DNA of 64,000 nt, from the NCBI GenBank assembly GCA_035549255.1, contig DASZRD010000007.1, forward strand, positions 1,104 through 65,103, given 5' to 3'. Below, piece by piece: positions 39,975 through 47,925 of the stretch (position 1 is the stretch's first letter; each line of letters opens with the position of its first letter). The position numbers and the translations under genes are program-made. The stretch is from Minisyncoccota bacterium. GTDB taxonomy: Bacteria > Patescibacteriota > Minisyncoccia > Phycocordibacterales > SBAW01. A model generated the notes under the pieces. It searched no databases. It saw only the letters and a program-made list of their open reading frames with translations, and had not been told where the DNA came from.

Positions 39975-41018
39975 CTATTTGACGAGGATATAGGTGCCGT
40001 CCTTGCCGCGCTTGAAATATTTCTGGTTCTGAAGATTGACGGCGATCGTACCCGGCTTTACATGGCGCTCCTTGAGCACCTTCTCGATGATCTGATCCCG
40101 CGTCATGGGGCCGTGCTCTCGCAGGACATTGCGGATCACGTCGCGCACGACGCCCGAGGCGTAGCCCCATTCCTTGAGCGCGTACATGCCGCGGCCGACA
40201 AGTACGAAGCGGTCGTCCTTGATCAATTCATTGTGGGTCGTCGCAACATGCGCCGCGCGGTGGAACATCTTCTCGATAAGCTGCGCCACTTCGCGGAAGT
40301 GGAGCGGGCTGCCGTGCTTCTTGACGGCAAGGTAGGCATAGTCGCGCACGCCCTTGGTCTTAACATTGGGCGATGCCGAGTGGCCCCACTCGCCCAGTGG
40401 GTTCTTGCCGATCTTCTTGCTGATCGAGAGCCAGCGCTTGAGTACTTCCTCATTTCGATGCTTGTCATTGATATCCTGGAGCTCTTTAAGAAAGCGGTCG
40501 ATCATCTCGCCCTCGGGAATGAGGTCTTCGTCGGAGAGGCCTTCATAGAGGCGCTTGAGCGCACCCTCAACCTGCTCGGCCAATCCCGGGTCGACATACC
40601 AGCAGCGCTCGACCTCGTCGTCCTCTTTGCGGTACTTGAATGGGTCGCCGAGTACGAGCAGAAAATAAATATTATTCTGCATGCTCGCATCCTTGGTAAT
40701 AAAATCGAGGAGGTCCTGCTCGCAGACAATACCGCCAAGAGAATCCACGATGCGCTCGAGCTCCTGGAAGGCGGACTTTGCCTCGTCGAAGGAAGGAGAC
40801 TTCTTGAGCGCGGCAAGGGCGTGATTCTCGATCTGGCGGACGCGCTCGCGGGTGATGCCCCAGCGCTTACCGATCGCTTCAAGCGTGACCTTCTCGGTCG
40901 AGGTGCCCAAACCAAAGCGAGCTTCAAGAACGGTGCGGGAGCGCTCCGGGAGCGAGGTGAGGAGCTTTTTGACGATCACCTTGGGCTTGAAGCCCGTCTT
41001 GTCCGCTGTCTGTGGCAT
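39975..41018 (-). CDS. DNA-binding protein with N-terminal sigma-70 region-4-like HTH and two C-terminal HARE-HTH-like modules
   Basis: Residues ~25-75 (LPERSRTVLEARFGLG...TLEAIGKRWGITRERVRQIENHAL) look like sigma-70 region 4. The C-terminus has PLHFREVAQLIE...DDRFVLVGRGMYALKEWGY and a second GPMTRDQIIEKVL...GKDGTYIL module, both HARE-HTH-like (RNAP delta N-domain type). Confidence 0.55.
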   Translation of the reverse strand: MPQTADKTGFKPKVIVKKLLTSLPERSRTVLEARFGLGTSTEKVTLEAIGKRWGITRERVRQIENHALAALKKSPSFDEAKSAFQELERIVDSLGGIVCEQDLLDFITKDASMQNNIYFLLVLGDPFKYRKEDDEVERCWYVDPGLAEQVEGALKRLYEGLSDEDLIPEGEMIDRFLKELQDINDKHRNEEVLKRWLSISKKIGKNPLGEWGHSASPNVKTKGVRDYAYLAVKKHGSPLHFREVAQLIEKMFHRAAHVATTHNELIKDDRFVLVGRGMYALKEWGYASGVVRDVIRNVLREHGPMTRDQIIEKVLKERHVKPGTIAVNLQNQKYFKRGKDGTYILVK

Positions 41019-41056
41019 AAGTTATGTGTTCTAATATATCACACACTAATAGACTG

Positions 41057-43996
41057 TCAAATTGACGTTACCACGAAATTTATGACCTTGCCAGCAACAT
41101 ACACCGCCCGCTCCTCCTTGCCAAGGGCGAGCCATTTAGCCACATTTTGGTCGGCGCGGGCTGCCTGAAGCGCTTCTTCCTCCCCTATCCCCGACTGCAG
41201 CGCAATAGTCGCGCGCATCTTCCCGTTGACCTGCACGGCTACTTGTACTGTCGCAGCGACGATCTTGCTTTCGTCGTAGTGAGGCCATGGTTGCGCAGTC
41301 ACCTCGTCCTCAAAGCCAGCTTTCTCCCAAAGTTCGCTCGCAATATGCGGCGCCAAGGGTGCCAGCATGAGCAAAAGTGCTCGATAGGTTTCGTTCGGCA
41401 CGTCTTCCAGCTTCTCCAATTCGTTGAGCAAGATCATGAGAGAAGAAATAGCGGTGTTAAACTTGAGGTTCTCAATATCCTCGCCAACTTTTTTGACTGT
41501 TTGATGGAAAAGAGTAGTGAGTGGTGCAGCAGAAGAGTCCTGAAGGGGGCTCCGCAGCGCGACGGCGCGAGGACCGAGCGAATTTTCAGCAGAAAATTCG
41601 TGTACCCCTGAAGGGCTGCTTCTGCGGAACTCTCCAAGCTTCCATACCCGCTCCAAAAAGCGCCTTACGCCAATAATATTGGTGGTACTCCACGGCTTCA
41701 TAGCCTCTAAGGGCCCCATAAACATCTCGTAGAGCCTGAGCGTATCGGCGCCGTAGATCGCGATCACATCGTCGGGGTTGATGACGTTACCCTTACTTTT
41801 ACTCATCTTATTGCCATCTTCCGCCAAGATAATCCCTTGATGCCGGAGCTTGAGGAACGGCTCGCTAAAGTTGATAAGCCCGAACTTCTGGAGCACCTTG
41901 GTGAAAAAGCGCGCGTACATGAGGTGGAGCACCGTGTGCTCGGCGCCGCCGACATAGAGGTCGACCGGAAGCCACTTCTTGATCAGCTCCTTGCTCGCAA
42001 ATTCTTGAGCGTTGTGCGGGTCGGCGAAGCGGAAGTAGTACCACGAGGAGCAGACGAAGGTATCCATTGTATCGATCTCCGGCGTCCAGCCTTTGCCAAA
42101 AATCTTCTCCGTGCGCTCGAGCAGCTCTTTGCTCTGGCCTAAGGGCGAGGTACCCGTCGGCTTGAACTCGACATCAGTCGGCAGCATCCACGGCAAGTGT
42201 TCCTCCGGCACCGCATGCGGCGAGCCCTCAGGGTCGTACACGACCGGTATAGGCGCGCCCCAGTAGCGCTGACGCGAAATGAGCCAGTCACGCAAGCGAT
42301 AGGTCTTTACCATCTTCCCGCCTACCTTCTCGACAATTTTCTTCTTTGCTTCTTCGCTCTGGAGTCCGTCAAATTCTCCCGAATTAAAGAGGGTCCCATA
42401 GCCAGTATAGAAATTTTCCTCGGTTTTAATGCGATTCCATAAGACATCAAATTCTGCGTGTTGCAGCTTTGCTGCCACCACTTCTTCGGGAGAAAGCCAT
42501 ATAGCTTCGTGCTTCTCCTCTTCCTCGGGAGCAATAGGCTGACGCGTATCGTCGACCAGTTCGAACAAGAACATATAGTTATGCGCTTTGCGGTTGACGT
42601 TCTTATGGCCGGCAAAAAAATAGGCCTCCGATACGCCGAGCGGGCGAACAAGCCGCACGTTGGTGTAACCCGTCTCTTCCGCAATCTCGCGCCTGGCGGA
42701 TTCGGCCGGGTCTTCATCGCCTTCGATGCCGCCCGTCACAAAGCCGGTCCAGGGTTGCGTCTTCCATCGTAGGCAAAGATATTTGTTCTGTTTCGGGTCA
42801 AAGAGCACTGCCAGAATTATCCTACGGAATGTATTTTCTTTTCCTTCCTGCGGAGGATTTCGCTCATCGACAAACTTCTGCAAGATAACCTCCTTGATCG
42901 GCAGATTAAACTTTTTTGCAAACTGATAATCGCGCTCGTCGTGCGCCGGCACCGCCATGATGGCGCCCGTGCCGTAGCCGCCCAGCACGTAGTCAGCTAC
43001 GAAAATCGGAATCTCCTCGCCGTTGGCAGGATTGATCGCCTTAACTCCCTTGAGCTCGACGCCGGTCTTCTCCTTACCTTCCTCCTGACGCTCGAGGTCA
43101 GTCTTATTCTTCGCAGATTCGATATACGCTTCCGCCTCGCCTTTATTAAGTATTGCAGACGCAGATTTTGCCAGCTCTTCGGCAAGCCAGGGATGCTCCG
43201 GTGCCACAACAAGATACGTCGCACCGAAAATAGTATCCGCTCGCGTGGTGAAAACCGTTATCTTTTTCTTTCCGATCGGGTCAGTAGTGACTGAGAAATC
43301 TATCTCTGCGCCTTCCGAACGGCCGATCCAGTTGCGCTGCGCGATCTTTGTCGACTCGGGCCAATCGACTTGGTCAAGGTCGTCAACCAATTGATCGGCA
43401 AAGTCCGTGATCTTGAAGAACCATTGCTCGAGATCTTTCTGAATGACCGCCGTGCCGCAACGCTCGCAGCAGCCATTCACGACCTGTTCGTTAGCGAGCA
43501 CGGTCTGGTCCCTCGGGCACCAATTGACCTTAGCGCGGCGCTTCTCGGCCAAGCCGTTCTTGAAAAGGAAGAGAAAGAACCACTGTGTCCATTGGTAGTA
43601 CTCGGGCGTGTGTGTGCCGATCTCGCGCGACCAGTCATACGAGAGGCCGAGACTTTTAATCTGCGCGGTAAAATTCTTGATCGCGTCGTCAGTAGTCTTC
43701 TGCGGCGGGATGCCGGTCTTGATGGCGTAGTTCTCGGCCGGGAGACCAAACGCGTCCCAGCCCATCGGATGGAGCACGTTGTAGCCTTGCATCCGCTTGA
43801 AGCGGCTGTAGATGTCGGTTGCGGTGTAGCCCTCGACATGCCCAACATGGAGGCCCGCGCCGCTGGGGTACGGGAACATGTCTAATATATAGAGCTTCTC
43901 TTTATCGAAAGAGTCCGACGCTGCGAAGGCGTTATTCTCGGCCCACTTTTTCTGCCACTTCTTTTCGATTGCTTTGTGGTCGTACTTCGCAGCCAT
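41057..43996 (-). CDS. leuS: leucine--tRNA ligase with inserted Nudix hydrolase domain
   Basis: HVGHVEGY (HIGH), KMSKSKGN, a CP1 editing domain (TTRADTIFGATY...GTGAIMAVPAHDERDY) and a ~140-aa insertion carrying the Nudix box GGIEGDEDPAESARREIAEETGY, at residues ~385-525. Confidence 0.9.
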   Translation of the reverse strand: MAAKYDHKAIEKKWQKKWAENNAFAASDSFDKEKLYILDMFPYPSGAGLHVGHVEGYTATDIYSRFKRMQGYNVLHPMGWDAFGLPAENYAIKTGIPPQKTTDDAIKNFTAQIKSLGLSYDWSREIGTHTPEYYQWTQWFFLFLFKNGLAEKRRAKVNWCPRDQTVLANEQVVNGCCERCGTAVIQKDLEQWFFKITDFADQLVDDLDQVDWPESTKIAQRNWIGRSEGAEIDFSVTTDPIGKKKITVFTTRADTIFGATYLVVAPEHPWLAEELAKSASAILNKGEAEAYIESAKNKTDLERQEEGKEKTGVELKGVKAINPANGEEIPIFVADYVLGGYGTGAIMAVPAHDERDYQFAKKFNLPIKEVILQKFVDERNPPQEGKENTFRRIILAVLFDPKQNKYLCLRWKTQPWTGFVTGGIEGDEDPAESARREIAEETGYTNVRLVRPLGVSEAYFFAGHKNVNRKAHNYMFLFELVDDTRQPIAPEEEEKHEAIWLSPEEVVAAKLQHAEFDVLWNRIKTEENFYTGYGTLFNSGEFDGLQSEEAKKKIVEKVGGKMVKTYRLRDWLISRQRYWGAPIPVVYDPEGSPHAVPEEHLPWMLPTDVEFKPTGTSPLGQSKELLERTEKIFGKGWTPEIDTMDTFVCSSWYYFRFADPHNAQEFASKELIKKWLPVDLYVGGAEHTVLHLMYARFFTKVLQKFGLINFSEPFLKLRHQGIILAEDGNKMSKSKGNVINPDDVIAIYGADTLRLYEMFMGPLEAMKPWSTTNIIGVRRFLERVWKLGEFRRSSPSGVHEFSAENSLGPRAVALRSPLQDSSAAPLTTLFHQTVKKVGEDIENLKFNTAISSLMILLNELEKLEDVPNETYRALLLMLAPLAPHIASELWEKAGFEDEVTAQPWPHYDESKIVAATVQVAVQVNGKMRATIALQSGIGEEEALQAARADQNVAKWLALGKEERAVYVAGKVINFVVTSI

Positions 43997-44033
43997 GTGC
44001 TATACAAAGTACCACACAATTGAGAATTGAAAA

Positions 44034-44969
44034 CTATTTATTGGTCGGCGGGAAGAAGTCCGGATCTATTGATCGCACGAAGCAGACTCTGCCACTGCCA
44101 TGCTGCCAATTTTGGTCGCCTCTCACGCCATATTCTGCCGGCGAAGCCGGGATTCTACTGTCAGTTGCGTAACTATCGCTCGAGAACGTCGCGCAGAGTT
44201 CAAACCCGAGATCCGCGTCCTTTATATATTCGTACTCTGCACCGGTGACCGGATCGACAGGGACGGTGTAATAGAGCGTCGGGTCTTTGAGTTGATCAAG
44301 TGTCGTCGGCAACGCCTGCTTCTGCTGATAGAACGACAATATTTCGCTTTGGAGGTTCTGCAAGTCGCTCACGCGCTGCTCGTCAATGCGGTACTGCCTC
44401 GCCTGCCATGGCGTACCGATGATAAAGAAGCCGGCTGCAATGGTACAGATGCCGACCAGCCCCACCGCGATCGCGACCGAGTTGGCGCGGCGAGGTTCTG
44501 CAGCCCAGTAGCCCCATACATCGGCGAGGAAGTGCATAAAGACGCCAGCGGCCACCAAAAGCACCACCGCAACCTTAAGGAGGAAGCGGGTCGTTATATC
44601 ATCACCCGAGAGAAATGCATGGAGGAGCGCTACCAAGTCGCCCAAGATCGTGAGGCCCGCGATAAAGATCGTAAGGTAGAGCGCCCAGCGTCGTACCCAG
44701 ATCTCGCCGCGCGAAGGGTCCTTGGCAATGAGGCTATGGATATAGCGCAAGAGGCCGATCGCCGCTGCGCCAAAGATGATGAATGCCGCCATCCAATAAC
44801 TCACGCCGGAGTCGTACGGGTTCGCATAGTAGTTATTGAGTGCATCGGGGAACGCGTAGTTGATGTAGCTAAAAAGAAGATTGATAAAAGCGATGATACT
44901 TATATAAAGAGTGATCACCGCCCCAGCCCAAAGAAAGAAGTCCTTCGGCGTTGTTTTTGAGGTATTCAT
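44034..44969 (-). CDS. hypothetical polytopic membrane protein with C-terminal pilin-like domain
   Basis: 311 aa with ~7 TM helices. The C-terminal ~130 aa begin with a hydrophobic helix followed by an R..SDLQNLQSEILSFY motif typical of type IV pilin/pseudopilin globular domains. Confidence 0.45.
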   Translation of the reverse strand: MNTSKTTPKDFFLWAGAVITLYISIIAFINLLFSYINYAFPDALNNYYANPYDSGVSYWMAAFIIFGAAAIGLLRYIHSLIAKDPSRGEIWVRRWALYLTIFIAGLTILGDLVALLHAFLSGDDITTRFLLKVAVVLLVAAGVFMHFLADVWGYWAAEPRRANSVAIAVGLVGICTIAAGFFIIGTPWQARQYRIDEQRVSDLQNLQSEILSFYQQKQALPTTLDQLKDPTLYYTVPVDPVTGAEYEYIKDADLGFELCATFSSDSYATDSRIPASPAEYGVRGDQNWQHGSGRVCFVRSIDPDFFPPTNK

Positions 44970-45011
44970 AATGGGCTTATTCTACCCTTCTTTTGACGTG
45001 CTGGGGATAAC

Positions 45012-45287
45012 TTGACTTTTAAACAAAATGGGTGTATAATTCAAAATGAAGTTAGGCTGAACCTTGGGAGATTGAAAATGACGCACACTTCGCAGCCGCT
45101 CGGCTATCAATCGTACGGATACGGAGAACATGATCAAGGCCAGCAGAGCATGAAGATGTCTCAAAAGACACTGATTGCCTTGATCATCGCTCTTGCGATC
45201 GTCTGTGTGGTACAGGTCGTCAACGAGGTGCAGACTGCGATCGGCGACGCCGCCGGCAATGCGATCGTCGCTTTCCTGCCCCATTAA
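45012..45287 (+). CDS. hypothetical small membrane protein
   Basis: 91 aa with one TM helix, followed by a strong intrinsic terminator. The real start may be the internal ATG. Confidence 0.3.
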   Translation: MTFKQNGCIIQNEVRLNLGRLKMTHTSQPLGYQSYGYGEHDQGQQSMKMSQKTLIALIIALAIVCVVQVVNEVQTAIGDAAGNAIVAFLPH

Positions 45288-45304
45288 TCATGGCGGCAGG
45301 AATC

Positions 45305-45347
45305 AAAAAACGCCGCGGATCCTTCGGGACCGCGGCGTTTTCTTTTT
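45305..45347. terminator. bidirectional rho-independent terminator (UUCG tetraloop hairpin)
   Basis: A-tract, then an 8+3 bp GC stem (cgccgcgg-a-tcc / gga-ccgcggcg) closing a ttcg loop, then ttttcttttt. It lies between the convergent 45012..45287 ORF and ychF. Confidence 0.6.
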
Positions 45348-46290
45348 ATCCGTGGAGAAATTCGGCGACGTCACCATCCCTGAAAATATATTCTTTCCCT
45401 TCGGTGCGGATCCAACCGAGATCGCGCGCTTTGCTCCAGCTTCCCGCCTCGAGCAATTTGTCCCAGGCGATCACCTCTGCACGGATGAACTTTGTTTCAA
45501 AATCTGTGTGGATTGCAGCGCCCGCTTTGGGTGCCGCGCTGCCGCGTACGATAGTCCACGCGCGCGTTTCATCTTTGCCTGTCGTAAAGAAGCTGATAAG
45601 GCCGAGTAAATCGTAGCCGCCTTTAATAAGCGCATTGACCCCATCGTCGAAGACGCCGTATTCCTGGCGGAATTGCTGTTTGTCATCGGTATGGAGGTCG
45701 CGTAGCTCGTTCTCGACATTAGCATCGACGACAACCCATTTGGCATTTGTCTGTTCAAAAAATTCCATCAAGCGGTCCCAGCGCGCATCCTTCATCTCGT
45801 CGAGGTTATGGCCGCCACTCTCTTTATTAAGTACATAGAGGACCGGCTTTTTGCTGATTAAATTTTCTTTTTTATCAATATCAGCGAGCTCAAGCTCGGT
45901 ATTAATGAGTTCAATGTCGTGGAGCGGATCGATCGTATTTTCTACCTGCGCCACATTCGGATTCTCAAAGATGCGCACAACATGTGCGATCGCATCTACC
46001 TCGCGAATATGCTGGAGGAATTGATTCCCCAACCCTTCGCCTTCGCTCGCCCCTTTTACAAGTCCCGCGATATCGACAAACTCTACGGCCGCCGGGATAT
46101 CCTTTGCCGATTGCGAGAGTGCGGCCAACTTCTCGCGCCGAGCATCGGGCACGGCAACGACGCCGACCGAAGGGTCGATCGTTGCGAAAGGATAATTGGC
46201 GATAAGCACCCTCTTTTTCGTAAGAGCCTGGAAGAGCGTCGACTTCCCTACATTCGGGAGCCCGACAATGCCGATGCTTAATTTAGCCAT
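45346..46290 (-). CDS. ychF: redox-regulated ribosome-binding ATPase YchF
   Basis: N-terminal GIVGLPNVGKSTLF G1 motif, OBG-type GTPase core and a C-terminal TGS domain. Confidence 0.9.
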   Translation of the reverse strand: MAKLSIGIVGLPNVGKSTLFQALTKKRVLIANYPFATIDPSVGVVAVPDARREKLAALSQSAKDIPAAVEFVDIAGLVKGASEGEGLGNQFLQHIREVDAIAHVVRIFENPNVAQVENTIDPLHDIELINTELELADIDKKENLISKKPVLYVLNKESGGHNLDEMKDARWDRLMEFFEQTNAKWVVVDANVENELRDLHTDDKQQFRQEYGVFDDGVNALIKGGYDLLGLISFFTTGKDETRAWTIVRGSAAPKAGAAIHTDFETKFIRAEVIAWDKLLEAGSWSKARDLGWIRTEGKEYIFRDGDVAEFLHG

Positions 46291-46349
46291 GCGATTAGAA
46301 TATACCGTATTATTGACAGGATGTGAAGAAACTGTTAATTTAAGGGCAC

Positions 46350-47921
46350 ATGATAAACCGGATTTTGTACAGGGTGCTTGGCCTTTTTCGCCATGTCTGG
46401 AGCGCAGTCTCGGCTTTCTTCCGCAGGCTCGGGCTCAAGAAATCGCTCATAGGCGCTGGGGTGCTTCTGGTTATTCTTGCAGGCTCTCTCGCCTTTTTGC
46501 GCGGCAGCGCTCCGGTTGCCGCGCCGGACACTGCGACGCCGAGCGTCACTGTTGCGACCGTCGCGGAGCTTTCCCAATCGGGCACGTCGCTCACGGTAGC
46601 GGGCACCGTAGAATCCCAATCTGAAGCGACAGTGCGCGCGCAGAAGTCTGGCGAAATAACGACGGTCTATCACTCGCTCGGCGACAGCGTCGCCGCGGGG
46701 GCGGTCATCGCCGAATTTGAAGACTCCTCCGAGCGCGCGGCCGTGCTTCAGGCACAGGGCGCAGTCGATGCGGCGACAGCCGCTGCGGCGACTTCGCAGA
46801 CCGGCCTCGCCGGTGCTAAGGCAAGCATGGTAACGACGCTCCTCTCCGCTTATGCCGCGGTCGATAACGCGGTGCCAGGCGGCATTGACGCGATGTTCTC
46901 CAATCCTACGAGCAACGCGCCGATCCTCAGCGCGCAGAGCACCAACTCTCAGGCGCGCGTTGACGCGCAGAATGACCGCGTCTCTCTCGATGCGGCGCTC
47001 GCGCGCGAACAGGGCCGCACATCGACCCTGAGCGTGAATGATGACCTCGCGGCGGAGGCTGCCACGACCGAGAGCGAGCTCACGAGCGTGCGCAATTTCC
47101 TTGATACGCTGATCGTAGCGCTTAACGCCGGCATTGCTACGCAGAATACCTCGCAGTCGGCGATCGATTCCTATAAAGCCATCGCAACCGGTGCGCGCGC
47201 CTCTATCAATGCCTCCCTCTCGACCATCATCGGCGCAGCACAGGCGCTCCAGGTCTCGACGCAGTCGAGCGCTACTGGCAACGGCGCCATTTCCGCAAGC
47301 CAGGCGGCGCTCACCCAGGCGCAGGGCGCGCTTGCCGCGGCCCGCGCGCAGCTCGAGAAGGCGATCATCCGCGCGCCGATCTCGGGCACGATCAACTCGC
47401 TTGACCTCACGCAGGGCGATTATGTGAATGCCGCACAGGCGGTCGTAACGATTGCAAATAATCACGCGCTCAAGATAGTGGCGTATGTGACACAGGATGA
47501 CGCACAGAACCTTAGCGTCGGCTCGAAAGCAGCGATCGAGGGCGCCGCAAGCGGCGTCGTGACCCAGATCGCTCCGGCGGTCGACCCGACGACCAAGAAA
47601 ATCGAAGTCGACATCGGCATTACTGACAACACAGGGCTCGTCAACGGCCAGTCGGTCTCCGTGCAATTTACTTCATCTGCGCATCCCGCTACTGCAGCGC
47701 CGACGCGCCTTATGATCCCGCTTACGGCCCTCAAGATCACCGCAGACGGCATGAATGTCTTTACGGTCTCTGCCTCGAACACGCTTGAGGCGCATGCGGT
47801 TACGATCGGCGAGCTGCTCGGCGACCGCGTCGTCATCGCGCAGGGCGTAACGCCCGACATGGTAATCGTCACTGATGCCCGGGGGCTGCGCGACGGCCAG
47901 GAAGTAACCGTTCGGCAATAA
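46350..47921 (+). CDS. efflux RND transporter periplasmic adaptor (membrane fusion protein) with long Ala-rich coiled coil
   Basis: N-terminal TM anchor and an extended alpha-helical hairpin. The C-terminal beta-barrel/lipoyl motifs include IRAPISGTINSLDLTQGDYV. It is followed 4 nt later by the RND pump. Confidence 0.75.
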   Translation: MINRILYRVLGLFRHVWSAVSAFFRRLGLKKSLIGAGVLLVILAGSLAFLRGSAPVAAPDTATPSVTVATVAELSQSGTSLTVAGTVESQSEATVRAQKSGEITTVYHSLGDSVAAGAVIAEFEDSSERAAVLQAQGAVDAATAAAATSQTGLAGAKASMVTTLLSAYAAVDNAVPGGIDAMFSNPTSNAPILSAQSTNSQARVDAQNDRVSLDAALAREQGRTSTLSVNDDLAAEAATTESELTSVRNFLDTLIVALNAGIATQNTSQSAIDSYKAIATGARASINASLSTIIGAAQALQVSTQSSATGNGAISASQAALTQAQGALAAARAQLEKAIIRAPISGTINSLDLTQGDYVNAAQAVVTIANNHALKIVAYVTQDDAQNLSVGSKAAIEGAASGVVTQIAPAVDPTTKKIEVDIGITDNTGLVNGQSVSVQFTSSAHPATAAPTRLMIPLTALKITADGMNVFTVSASNTLEAHAVTIGELLGDRVVIAQGVTPDMVIVTDARGLRDGQEVTVRQ

Positions 47922-47925
47922 TCCC

